A stretch of DNA of 63,943 bases, filler included, from Phoronis australis (lineage: Eukaryota; Animalia; Phoronida), in assembly GCA_002633005.1 (NCBI GenBank). It is 11 parts of 11 records of this genome, joined end to end, with 100 filler letters (N's around TTAATTAATTAA, not from the genome) between each part and the next. Parts side by side here need not be neighbours in the genome. Positions count along the whole stretch, not along the records: positions 26,899 to 43,902 come from NMRA01000276.1; positions 44,003 to 49,715 come from NMRA01002286.1; 9 more parts are not named here. One strand, given 5' to 3'. Shown here piece by piece: positions 37,235 to 49,715 of this stretch. A program made the position numbers and the translations under genes. Numbering within the stretch: position 1 is the first letter of the stretch; every line of letters begins with the position of its first letter. The notes under the pieces are model-generated. The model was not told where the DNA came from. It worked only from the letters and a program-made list of their open reading frames with translations, and ran no database searches.

Positions 37235-38464
37235 TGTTGAATAGTGTTTGTAATGCTAAATGTTGTAAAGTATTGTATATTTTCAGTTACTTATTATCAA
37301 TGTTAAAAGATTGAATAATTTTTGGGTTAATGAATAAAAATAACATTTTGTATTGGACTTGTCATACTTATGTGCTCGAATGAGCCCCCTATTTGGAGAA
37401 ATGGACAAAGGTCTGCCTCAGTCAGAGAAGCATGAATTCCAAAAAAGTAGAAAATAAGACAATATTCCACTAGAAGACAGGAAGTGCCAAAATTTAGTGT
37501 TTGCAATTCATAGCTCTGAACATACCCAGTGAATCTTATAGTAAAAGATAGACAATCCCAAAAATTCCAACCCCCCATTCTTTTAGGCTTCGTGCGCTCA
37601 TACAAAGTCTCGGCAAATCTCTATTGAAAGCCAAGAACTTTGCACAGTTCGCCAGAAGTACCCAAGTTCTAAATAAACCTCGTTTGAGCGAGCTCTGTGG
37701 CCAGCGACCAGGTAAGTCTAAGGGTAGCCTGGGTAGGCCTAGTAACAAGCTATATTTTGACTATAGTCTTCACTGGTAGCTGATTACTGAGGCCAACTAA
37801 GGTCTGCCGCGACAGTGTGACACAGGACTAACCAGCACGTAATTTCATGCAAGTGTCTGAAACTATTTTTTAATATATGCGGCACTTATGATTAGAGCAT
37901 TTTACTTCGACAAAACAGCTCGCAACTGCATGCATTTACCGTTCGCCATTGTCTGGTCTCGATCTGCACCGGGTCCGATAGGCTGTGGTCCCGAGTCTAT
38001 CAAAATAATTTCTGTCAAAATTTATTCGCCACATTTCTTCAGCAAATTCGATAAAGTTGTCCGTATTTTGATTTTATTAAAATTAAGGCGCGCTGTCGAT
38101 TATTTTATCCCCGTTTGCAAGATGGTAACTGGTACTCGTCCATCCACACTAACGGCGTTTTCTTAGCGGCTAGCCTGGGTTCCTGAACGAATTGTACTTC
38201 CGGGTTTGCAGCAAGTTCAAAATGGCGGAGGTTCTTCGGGTGCGAGTCGTGAGTGGCGCGTTCATTTAAACTTTTTTCGAGTACGGATCTTGTATTAGAT
38301 ATGGGGTAAGTACTTCTTAGATCCTTATAACATCTTCTAACCATGTAATAAGGGTTAACAACACGTGCGACCAGGTCTTTAAAAAATAATTTAGTGGAGT
38401 TGATGTACTTGTTGCCAGTCACAAACTAACACAGTAGATCACATCCTTTTTGAATTCAATAATA

Positions 38465-39774
38465 AACAAGAGCAACACGGAGGTTGAAACCGCCCATGAA
38501 TGCAAATGGTGTGCTTTTAGCGTTGTTTACTAGTGTCATAAAAATGGCCACTAGATGGCGCAAAAACGTACAATCCATCCGAAAACTAGAACATGTCATT
38601 GCTTCTTTAATAGAACGCTATACACCAAATTTCATAGAAATCCGTCACGGAACTTCAGAGAAACAGAGGAAAACACAATAAAATGAAATTGGCACTAGGG
38701 GGCACACTTTTCATTGGATCTGCCTGAAAGTGGTCATTGTCTGTTGTTAGCTTCATATAAATACACTTACTAATTAAATTTAATAAAGATCCTGCAGTAG
38801 GTTTAGGAGATACAGCTATTGGCACAAAACAAAACAAAACAAAACTACCACTAGGAGGCGCCAAAGTCAAAGTTGTCATCCTCAACTGCCCTCTTCACAA
38901 TGAAAACATATGCGCCAATTTTCAAAATCATCCTCAGAATGATATGGTTGATAGAGGGATAGACGCCAAAAAACAGACTCGAAAAACAGCAAAAATGGCC
39001 ACTAGGTGGTGCAAAATACCTCGATTCCATTAGAAAACAGAAGGATAGCGTCATGTCACCAATAGATGCCCGTATTCAAAATTTTATGAAAATAGGTTGA
39101 AGTCATTAGAAGAAACAGAGGTAAGCGTAAAAGTGAAATTGCCACCAGGGGGCACATCAGTAGTCAGATCCATTCGAAAATCGTAGCCATTCGTTGTCAA
39201 CATAATAGAACACACTTCTTAAGTTTAGTAAAGATCCTGCAAATGGTTTAGGAGATACAGCCTTGGGCGAAAAACCAAACTGCCACTAGGAGGCGCCACA
39301 GTAGTCGAAGTCATCACAAAATCATCATCACCTGTCCACTTCATATAAAAAACATACATGCCAATTTTCACAATTATCCTGAGAGCCGTTTGGTTGATAG
39401 AGGGGTGGACGCCAGAAAACAGTCAGGCTAAAAACAGTAAATATGGCCACTAGGTGGCGCAAACTAGGTTGAATCCATCTGAAAACAGAAAGATAGCGTA
39501 ACATCTTTGACAGAAGTCTGCACACCAAATTTTATGAAAATACGGAGACGACCTTTGAAGACACAGAGCTAAACGTAAAAAACTGACACTAGGGCAGCAC
39601 ACCAGTAGTCGGATCTTTCTGAAACTTCGCTCATGCCATCCCATCCATGAAAGGAACACATGCAAAATTTCATGAACATACGTCTACCTGTTTTGAAGAT
39701 AGAGCAGCGGATGGACGCGGCCCGGACGGAGGGAGGGACAGACAGAGAGGACGGCATAATGTGTCCACATATAA
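38465..39774 (-). mobile_element. Near full-length HINE/Helentron-like element
   Basis: aacaagagcaacacggaggttg end, ccactagNNggc subunits, GGAC/GACA microsatellite, half of the terminal hairpin. Confidence 0.72.
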
Positions 39775-39778
39775 ACTT

Positions 39779-39969
39779 TTGACTGGACTTTCAAACCAAT
39801 ATTTCTAAAAAACTATTGACTGGACTTTCAAACCAATATTTCTACAAAACTATTGACTGGACTTTCAAACCAATATTTCTACAAAACTAGTGGCTGGACT
39901 TTCAAACCAATATTTCTACAAAACAATTGACTGGACTTTCAATATTTCTACAAAACCGGACTTTCAAAC
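39779..39969. repeat. 37-bp tandem repeat, about 5 copies
   Basis: ttgactggactttcaaaccaatatttctacaaaacta. Confidence 0.92.
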
Positions 39970-40885
39970 CTTTGCAACTGTACCATTTCTAATATTTTCA
40001 GAATTGTCACGAACTCGGTCTTCCTGTTCAGTGTTCAGAGCGAACACTGATAAGAATGCCGATGTCGGATTTTGTTGGCCAAAATCTAGTATTTTGAAAG
40101 GACCACCACTCATTTCACGTGTATTTGTTGAATGTATTGCATTATTACTAGTGTCCAGATCTGAATTATTTGTTGAATGTATTAAATTATTATCACTGTA
40201 CAGATCTAAATTATTTGTAGAATGTGTTGCATTATTACAACTGTCTAGATCTGAAGTATTTGTCATACCAGAATCTGGGTCAACGTGTGTGTCTGGAGCA
40301 TCTATTGCTATGTAAAATAATCCTTCCTTTGGACAGCAGATGACACAACTGAGTATGTTGAATACGCACACCAAACATAATGGAAATAAAAATTTCACAA
40401 TGAATTCTCCTGAAAGCCCAATATTCACGCCATGCCACTAGAGTAAGCAGATGTGAACAGCATGGCATTTTTCAAAGGGAGTAACCATAAAAATTGAATG
40501 AGCCAACGAAACTTCTTATAAAGCAATCCGCTTGACAAGTATGAGACTCATCAATTATCATCTGGTCACTGCGTGATAACTGATCATGTCTTGCCAGACT
40601 GGGTCGTCCAATTAAATTGTCGGAATTTTCCTCTCAGTTGCATCAATTGCCTGCATAATACTACTACAGGAAGCCAAAACTTAGAGCGTTTTTGTGAACT
40701 GCATGTAAGATTTTGCAGCAGACGAAGTTGTAAAACTCTGTTTTGTTGAGAAATTGATTGCAACGCCCAAGACAAACCAATTCACAGAAAACTGCATCCT
40801 TTTCAATTTCATAGCGTATTTCAGGAAGAGACGGTGTTAACACCCAACATTCTGAATAATGTTAAATGAATGCTGAATACCATGG

Positions 40886-41320
40886 GCATCATAGTAAAAA
40901 TACACTACTGACAATACTTACTTTGACTGCATCATAGTAAGGATGCACCACTGACAAAACTTACTTTTACTGCACCATAGTAAGGATGCACCACTGACAA
41001 TACTTACTTTGACTGCACCATAGTAAGGATGCACCACTGACAAAACTTACTTTTACTGCACCATAGTAAGGATGCACCACTGACAATACTTACTTTTACT
41101 GCACCATAGCAAGGATGCACCCCTGACAATACTTACTTTCACTGCATCATAGTAAAAATACACTACTGACAAAACTTACTTTAACTGCACCATAGTAAGG
41201 ATGCATCACTGACAATACTTACTTTGACTGCATCACACTAAGGGTACACTGGTGACAATACTTTCTTTAACTGCATCGTACCAAGGATACGTCTACTAAA
41301 ACAATACTTACTTTTACTGC
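40886..41320. repeat. 43-bp tandem array, about 10 copies, each containing the MAP2K7 exon end and donor
   Basis: tgacaa(t/a)acttacttt(t/g)actgc at 40909, 40952, 40995 ... 41253; the minus strand reads GCAGTAAAA|GTAAGT. Confidence 0.92.
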
Positions 41321-41492
41321 CAACAAACTTCCCGTGGCTTTGTGTCTCATTTTCACAACATGTCCGCAAGTTCCGCGACCCAGATCTCCTAGTTTTTCGA
41401 AGCCACCGTCATCAATACGGTACTTGTCTCCATTGAGCGTGAGTATTCCAGTTTGCTTCATTATTTCCTGATATTTTTGTTCTATTTCTCCA
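41312..41492 (-). CDS. MAP2K7: MAP2K7 exon (kinase subdomains I-II)
   Basis: GEIEQKYQEIMKQTGILTLNG...LGDLGRGTCGHVVKMRHKATGSLLAVK; tttcag/gtaagt. Confidence 0.93.
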
Positions 41493-42098
41493 CTGAAACA
41501 ACAATCCGTACACCTTTAACAACATTGATGACCATCACAATGCAGGGTAGTGATAGAAAGGTATATTTTCAATGAATATTTTCTTCCATTTCATGTTATA
41601 GACTTCGCTACTCAAATGCAAGCAACGGTTTATATTACAGTAACATGTTATTGTAACATGAACCGTTGCATGCGTTGGTAAACATTACATCGGCAATTAG
41701 CCTTGTAAACAATTCTTTGAATTTAAAATCATAAAAGGATGAAGGCTAGCATAGAACTGCAGATACCCAAATCCCTTAATGAGAAATCTGGAGTGGGACG
41801 GCAGACGGTTGATATTGCAGCATGTGCCTCTAGTGTATTTGCATAGTAATGCCATACACTGGTACACTGAAGTAACTGAAATTCTGGAGTATTTAACAGC
41901 ACTGGTAAGAACCTAATCTTAACATTTTCACGGTGATCTGAAAATTAATTTTGATGAGTAAAAATGGCGGGAAATTTTTGGGACCAGGAATTTATAAATG
42001 TGGCATAGGTTTTGAAAATGTGACTTTGGATTTTAGCTAGGTTGCCAAATGTGACATGCTGATTTTTATAGCGTTGAGGGCTGAATAATGAGAGTACC

Positions 42099-42174
42099 CT
42101 GATGATGAGAGGACACTGATGATGAGAAGACACTGATGATGAGAGGACACTGATGATGAGAGGACCCTGATGAT
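42099..42174. repeat. 17-bp tandem repeat
   Basis: ctgatgatgagaggaca, about 4.5 copies. Confidence 0.9.
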
Positions 42175-42307
42175 AAACCATCATTGATCCCTCGAAATTG
42201 GGGCCGAACATTGGCCCTATTCCGCTATCAGAAATATTAAAAACTCACACAAAATTTTCCTCTTCAGGTTAACCTCCCTATACAATCAAAAATTACCCTC
42301 TTCGTTT

Positions 42308-42558
42308 CAACCTAAAGTAACCATAAATGTGTCCTATACAACCTTAAGTAACCATAAATGTGTCCTATTCAACCTAAAGTAACCATAAATGTGTCCTATA
42401 CAACCTAAAGTAACCATAAATGTGTCCTATTCAACCTAAAGTAACCATAAATGTGTCCTATTCAACCTAAAGTAACCATAAATGTGTCCTATTCAACCTA
42501 AAGTAACCATAAATGTGTCCTATTCAACCTAAAGTAACCATAAATGTGTCCTATTCAA
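42308..42558. repeat. 31-bp tandem repeat, 8 copies
   Basis: caacctaaagtaaccataaatgtgtcctat(t/a). Confidence 0.96.
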
Positions 42559-44697
42559 ACCCACCGGCTTTCATCACATGGACACCAAGTCACAAAGCCA
42601 AGCCGCAGAGTATACAAACATACAGGAGAGCGCCTTTTCACTAGTGGACTTTCTGGACACTCCTTTCAGAGGCAGTTTCAAACAGACCACACTTGAGCAG
42701 CTAACATATCAAGGTCTTTCACAGTGGTCAGAAACACTGTCTGCTAAGAGCACTTTCAAAGCATTGTTCTTCTTGTCTATTCACTAGAGGCAGATGAAGG
42801 ATTGAATGATCAAACTTTAGGAAAGTCTAACGATATACATTGTTTGATATGCCGGCAAAGTGGGTTCAGCGAAACAAGGTGAAGGTCGCATTGTTCCTTT
42901 CAAATATTGCTTAACTAACTTAAGTTTGTCTTTAATGTGCTAGTAGTGGCATATTTAGTTGCTAGTTTATTTTCCCCGAAGGATATTTGTTAACAACTCC
43001 GTTGTTCTGCGCAGTATGTGCATTTTGATTAAACAGCATTGAACGAGGAGCAGAAAACCAATATAGCTTATATACTAAAGGTTAAAGTGTTCAAAATTCA
43101 CATCTTAGCCACTTATTGAACACTAGACATTCAGAGCATCTGTCAATCAGGTACGTCCGTCACACTCACTCACCTTATGTTAAGTTGTCTCGCAACAATT
43201 TATCACGAAATATCATGATCATACTTTACAAACATTCCACTAAGTCATCATATATTAAACAAAAATGTTGCAACTTTATGTAAATCACAGAAAATTTAAC
43301 GTTAACCTTTTTATCAAAAATTCAAATTCTCTGCGTACGTCCGTCACACCCTTTTCAAGTCAATTTTCTCAGTGAAATAAAAAGACCGGAGAAAAGTTGA
43401 TACATGCACATGGTTTGGAAGCTATCAGTGAGACCTAACAATTGATGAAATATTTTCCTGGGATGAATTTTTTAACGATTGATCAAAATGCTCTCAGGTT
43501 ATACGTCCGTCACAAATGGAATTGCCCAATAAAAATGCGGCAAAAATTCCCCTTTTAGAAGGTACATGCAACTTTCCCCTGAGGTGAGTGGACCTTGATG
43601 ATGCGACTGGCTGTAACAGACACGGAGGAAGAAAACCCTAATGAAAAAAATCAATGAAGCCAAATAAGTGTAGACACGAAAACTGGAACTTGTTATTTAA
43701 AGTACAACTAGATGTATGAATGAATCTGCACTTGTATGACTACTAGTAGATTTAAGATTTATCTGCCGGGACCAGTCCGGCTTGATACGCGATCGCCTGA
43801 ACAAGATCTACTAGATCTAGGATTTAACAATCTGCACATACAAGCCAGACTTCCACAGAGACAGACCAGGCCCTGACACAGGCATGACCAGATCTATTAA
43901 TCNNNNNNNNNNNNNNNNNNNNNNNNNNNNNNNNNNNNNNNNNNNNTTAATTAATTAANNNNNNNNNNNNNNNNNNNNNNNNNNNNNNNNNNNNNNNNNN
44001 NNACTGCAATAAGATTAAGAGTCTTAGACCTGATGCAAATCTAACGGTCTTCCATAGACTGACTTGAAAAGCACACAGGTTACAGCATGTTTGAAAGCGC
44101 TGACAGTCATGTTGATATACTCATTAGACATATCAATATTCAGATAAAATCTTGGCCATTTACAGTAATGTTGCACAAAGATAACTGAAATCTATTAAAA
44201 CTGATATAAACCCACTTTTCATAAAAAGCCTCGTTTGTTTCATGAAATAGAGTCTCAGCTTGTTTGGGCTTGAAAGAACTGATGTTTTGTCATTGCTTGG
44301 GACCAGGCTCGACAATTTTTATGTGCCGAGAATGGTCTGAAAGTATAACAAGTGGGCACTTCTTTTGACGTCAACCAACCTAAGGACCAGCTTTGTGGCA
44401 CTAAAGGGACAGATCTATACCAAAAGTTTGTTTTCTTGATAATAATATGATTTTAAAGCAGTGTTCACACTAGTGACATTGCATTCACATCCTACGAACA
44501 TCACACAAGTCCCAGGCAGAGATCAGACAAAATATGGGTCAAGGTTGGCAGCACCTTTCATTTCAAGACCCAGAGTCATGACAACACTACCCTCATCTGA
44601 AGATGAAGTATTGAAGACCATTCCAACCAAAAGTTTATGCCTGCACCATATTTTCAGAACAATTAAATAAATACCACAAGCTGTATTAAGAGACAGT

Positions 44698-44760
44698 ATG
44701 GCTCAAAGGTTTGAGACACCGACTTCCGTTTGGGAGACCTAGATTAAAACCCTGGATTTA
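44698..44760 (+). mobile_element. Possible tRNA-derived SINE head
   Basis: A-box-like tggctcaaagg and degenerate B-box gattaaaacc at tRNA-like spacing; no intact cloverleaf. Confidence 0.3.
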
Positions 44761-46351
44761 CTGGCAGACAATCGAGCATTGCACAAAGGTGACTCCTGGT
44801 CCTCTGAACTTGGTCTTGATGGTAAATGTATGCAAGGGAGTAGATAAGAACCTGGATATAATGACAAAGCGATTTCTGGGGGTGTGCTAAAATTAACATT
44901 ACCGAAAAAGTAATTTCATGTCAACAATGGATATTAATCATTTACCATGTGGTTGATCTTTAAGCATTCTGGTGATGTTGTGAGCGGCCTTATATAAGCG
45001 TGCGCATTAGTTGTCGCAAATGGAACATCTCGGTCGCTACGCTTTGCCCTGAATGTTGCTGTTTGAATAAGGAAAATCTGGAGGTATTTATGGTATTTGC
45101 CGAGTTATTGTTGCCGTGACTTTCCGTGATGAATCGGCAATTGCCGTTCATCCGTAACTCATCAGATAATTCCATATCCGGTATGTGAGACCAGGGAGTT
45201 GCTCCGGATGAGCTTTTTGGGTAGATTTTTGTGCTTTGACTGCGAATTTCTTGTGAACGCAGTGGAGCAGGACACCATAAAAGGTACTGGGAGAAAGAAC
45301 AATTCCTCATGGTTTGTTGAACCTTTGTTTTGTGTAAATTTATCGAGTTTTATGTTTGCTATGGATGGCTGAAGTGAAGCACCCGTGGAATTTCTAGTCT
45401 GGAGTGTCATACAGGTAGTATTATAATATATAGTGTATTGGGGACGATCAGAAGCTGAGGACGCCTGTGTGTGTGATTTCAACAACTTCTCGATTCGATT
45501 TCTATACCTACCGTTCTTTAAGTTTATCAGCGGACCTACTTTTTAATCCACCTTTAGTATTTGGAGTTGTATTACATTCTTTCTTGCTGCGAACTTTTTG
45601 ACGATGCATGGTGGCATAAGAAAAAAGCTTTTAAAGTTCGTGAGCTTTTAACATGTTCAACTTTTACCGGGCATCTTTGGCGGAAATACGACTTGATAAC
45701 TGTCTTCTTTTATTGAAGAACAATGTTGTTCGCCCTCTATCGGTGATAAGTAGATCTATTTATTTAGCAAGTTTTTTTGATTATACACTTCTTTTTAGAT
45801 TCATAAAATGCAATATGTCTTGCTGTTTACTAATCATGTCGTTGAGAATCTATTAGTTCAACTATTGCATAACCAAAATCGCTGTTTTTACTAAATTTAC
45901 ACTTCGAAAGTGTCCCGGATGTTCAAGTGCAGCCTACACGAATTTGAGAAGATGGCGCGAAGCGTGGAAAAGGCAAAGAATAATTTTCTTGGCCTCTTAG
46001 GCCTGCCAAAATGTGCCAGCGAGGGTATGGAAATTACATCGTCTTCCACTAAAAATCCATGCAATGTTCTCGAGCTTAGACATTTATGCCTGTCAAACTA
46101 GCTATGTTAACCGATCTTTGAAGTGACGCGGTCATTTAAACTTGTTAATGACATGTTATTGTTCTCGTCTTTGTTCATCAGACTTCATTGTTATACAGTG
46201 ATATTTCCGGTTATACAGAATTGATTAAACGCACAACACTTTTCATTGTTCACAGTCTTTATTCCGTTACGTTCGTACTTTCGGAACAAAACTCTTAACT
46301 CTCAACTGAACATAGATAAAGTAACTGACCTAGCGACATAATTAAAAGACA

Positions 46352-46389
46352 CACGATATTTCGAAACATGCTTGTTTCATTCTCAAGTG
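46352..46389 (-). ncRNA. Minimal type I hammerhead ribozyme, U3-A8 variant
   Basis: cac-UUGAGAA-u-gaaac[aagcau]guuuc-GAAA-ua-UC-gug: stem I cac/gug, 5-bp stem II, palindromic AUAU stem III; sense to the PLE ORF. The copy at 47608-47645 has G12->A. Confidence 0.62.
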
Positions 46390-46952
46390 AAGATAAAATG
46401 ACGCAGTAATGCCACCACCTAGAGCATAAGCTGATGACACACACAGTGGGACACAGCGGGTGTGAAATACTGCAAAGAATGACTAATGAAGAGGGGTAAC
46501 AGGAGAGTCACACCAACAGGTGTAACGTGGGGCGTGACCCTGTTTGTTGCTCATTCAAAACAGGTCAAAAGCAATTAAAAGGGACTCTAATACTTTCAAT
46601 CACAGCACATCTTGCTCCACGTACCAAATTGAAGTGTTTTCCACAATTTCTTTATGGCTGATATTACGAAGACATTCGTTCATAGGGCTTACAAATTCAT
46701 AAACAACACTACACTGGACAACGGGGCGGACGTTCCCTTTAGAAATGTTATTTTTCATGACCCAAGTTGGAGGACTTCCTATTCCGATAAGAAGTAATAA
46801 CATCGAGGTAATCATCAGGCTTACAAACTTTATCCCGAACGATTATCTTACGTGTTCGTCCTGGAGGTAATTATTGGACATAACATTTTTGTAAAATACC
46901 TTTTTGGTCACACCGGTCTGACGTGCAGGTCTTCGTAGCTAATTCTGGACAC

Positions 46953-47399
46953 ACCGGTGTAACCAAAAAGATATTTTACAAAAATTTCATGTCTATTAAT
47001 TACTTCCAGGATGAACATGCTATTAAGAAAATTATAAGAGACAATGTTAAAGTTTGTAAGCCTGATGATTACCTCGATGTTATTATTTATTATCGGAATA
47101 GGAAGTCCTCCAACTTGGTCATGAAAAATAACATTTCTAAAGCGAAAGTCCGCCCTGTTGCACAGTGTAGTGTTGTTTATGAGTTTGTATGCCCTCCTAT
47201 GAACGAATCTCTTCGTTCAAACGTCGAACATTGTTACATTGGTCAAACAGTTTGCAGTCTTTTCTGTCGGTTGTCTATGCATCTTCAAAATGGCGCCATC
47301 CAAGATCATTTTCTGCAATGTCATGAACGTAAAATCACCCATCAAGAAATTGTGGAAAACACTCGATTCGGTACGTGGAGCACGATGTGCTGTGATTGA
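46953..47399 (+). pseudogene. Penelope-like GIY-YIG endonuclease fragment
   Basis: IYYRNRK..VVYEFVCP..CYIGQT..RL.MH..AI..H..H; no RT upstream; apparent frameshift near the 3' end. Confidence 0.85.
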
Positions 47400-48561
47400 A
47401 AGTATTAGGGTCCATTTTAATTGCTTTTGAGAAGCCTGTTTTGAATGAGCAGCAAACAGGGTCACGCCACACGTTACTCTTGTTTGCATGACTTTCCTGT
47501 TACCCTCCTTCATTAGTCATTCTTTGCAGTATTTCACACCTGCCGTGTCCCACTGTGTGTATCATCAGCTTATGCTCTGTGGTGGCATTACTGCGTCATT
47601 TTATCTTCACTTGAGAATGAAACAAGTATGTTTCAAAACATCGTGTGTCTTTTCATTATGTCGCTAGGTCAGTTACTTAATCTATGTTCAGTTGAGAGTA
47701 GAGTTTTGTTCGGAAAGTATGAACGTTACGGAATAAAGACTATGAACAATGAAAAGTGTCGTGCGTTTAACCAATTCTGTATAACCGAAAACTTGCTCCC
47801 GAAGTACAGCCAGTGACATTTACAAGACAATCCACCTTAAGATTCATGAAATCTGGCGTATGTGTTCTTACTAGGAAGTCAAGAGGGCGACTTATTGTAT
47901 GACACCTCAGGAAAATGAAAATGAAATCACAAGGTGCATTCATTACCCTAGCCAGCCAGCTAGCTGTATGAAAACTATCGTCAAAATACAGCTAGGTATT
48001 TTTTCCGTAGACCCCGAAATTGCACACAACCAGGGTAGTTCTGCTCGTCAACTCGCCGCGAAACCTGTATCAACATGCAGCTAAAGTCAGACCGGACGGG
48101 GTGCATGCAAAATCTTGGAATCAAACGACACTCACCTTGCCAGTTACAGCCGTTTAAGTGGAAAACAATCTAATAAACGTCATTTTCTTGCGTAATCCTT
48201 GGCCTTTTCTAACAAAGAAAAGTTATGTCGTCGTATTGAAAACAGTACGCTTGTGACACGCGCACATGCCATTTCCTAATTTTTGTGACAACTTTGCAGC
48301 AGCAAAATTTGTTCTGAAATTTGGTTTTTCGGTATCGAAATTCTGAAAACTTAGTGAAACCAGTTCCAATAATTTGTTGTGACGTGAACGCAACCTCTTG
48401 AAAGAACAACAGTTGATTGAAGAATTGGCGAAAAAAGAAACTGGCCAATAGGTGACACAATATTTCATGTCGCCGAAAGCCGATGCTGAAGATCGCTCCA
48501 CAACTTAAGCAGCAGAATAACGGTAGAACGCCATTTTTTCCACCCCCGTTAAATAATTTAG

Positions 48562-49239
48562 TTTATATGCGCTAACTGCGAAGCAATACCGAAGCTAGTT
48601 TACAGTGAAACAACACATGTAGATGAGATAAAAGGTCATATATATTATGACAAACTAAACTACTACAGATATCAGTAATTACAAAAGTTATATAACATGT
48701 TGAACTGTAAAGGTGGGTGACAATCTGCTAATCAGCAATGAAGGTATACACAAGTGGTGAATAGTAAGTTAAGAAACAATATGCGGAAGGGTAACAGCAA
48801 CACCGGGACAGCGACATAAGAAATTTAAGCATAAACAGGAAAGAAGGAAAATTGGTTTGAGGGAGGGAGGGAAAGAGAAATTGAGTGAAAAATGAAATTT
48901 GGAGCGAATTGTGGACGATTGCCCAGTGTTGCGACAAGACAAAGAGATCACGTGGTACAATTGAACCAATAATCATAGAACAAAGAGGGTCGCTGACCTG
49001 AGAATCCAAACAATATGGTAATGAGGACGAAGCAGTATAGCTTACATAAAATAATTTAATACTTAAATAATTTTTATATGCGCTAACTGCGAAGCGATAC
49101 CGAAGCTAGTTTACAGTGAAACAACATGTGTAGTTGAGATAAAAAGTCATATATATTATGACAAACTAAACTACTATAGATATCAGTAATTACAAAAGTT
49201 ATATAACATGTTGAACTGTAAAGGTGGGTGACAATCTGC
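48562..49239. repeat. About 165-bp direct repeats separated by about 345 bp
   Basis: tttatatgcgctaactgcgaagc...gggtgacaatctgc at about 48562-48728 and 49073-49239. Confidence 0.92.
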
Positions 49240-49390
49240 CACAGGTACTCAAGGAAAACTGTAGTTTTTAATGACACTAATTTTGTGTCAGATTTTATCT
49301 TACCACATTTTTACCCACATTGGCGGAAAGCTGTATATTTAGTATACAGCTTTGTACCATAGCTATCATTACCCATGAATGATGTTCATT

Positions 49391-49715
49391 TATTATGCGC
49401 CCACATATTTATATGTGGACGCATTATGCCGTCATCTCTGTCCATCCGTCCGGGCGGCGTCCGTCCGGCGTCCGCTGCTCTATCTCCAAAACCCTTTCAC
49501 ATACGTTCATGAAATTTGGCACATATGTTCCATTCATGAATGGGACGGCATGTGCGAACTTTCGGACGGATCCGACTACCGGTGTGCCCCCTAGTGGCAA
49601 TTTGAGTTTTTTACGCTAACCTTTGTATCTTCAAAAGTTCTGAACGGATTTTCATGAAATTTGGTATGTAGGCACCTATTAGTGAGATGACGCTATCCTG
49701 CCGTTTTCAGATGGA
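49391..49715 (+). mobile_element. HINE-like element end, near-identical to 29665-29978 reversed
   Basis: atgcgcccacatatttatatgtggacgcat hairpin, then GTCC repeats, then subunits. Confidence 0.75.

Larger units (their letters stand above)
46208..47787. mobile_element. Penelope-like retroelement, 5'-truncated, as an inverted (foldback) pair
   Basis: Arms about 46208-46918 and 46953-47787 are reverse complements; the right arm encodes the GIY-YIG C-terminus. Confidence 0.88.

Noticed and set aside
37536-37748. MLLGLPRLPLDLPG as the MKK7 N-terminal docking region
   Set aside because: It lies between two kinase-domain exons, the wrong position for an N-terminal segment.
42308-42558. 31-bp repeats (and the 23-43-bp arrays elsewhere) as CRISPR arrays
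   Set aside because: Head-to-tail units without unique spacers, no cas genes, eukaryotic context.
45115-45170. Minus-strand CTGATGA...GAAA around a hairpin as a hammerhead
   Set aside because: Stem II does not close next to the core boxes, and no stem I/III or cleavage triplet can be formed.
44990-45485. 106-107-aa ORFs and a TATATAA box suggesting a gene start
   Set aside because: No recognisable protein motif and no downstream exon could be tied to it.
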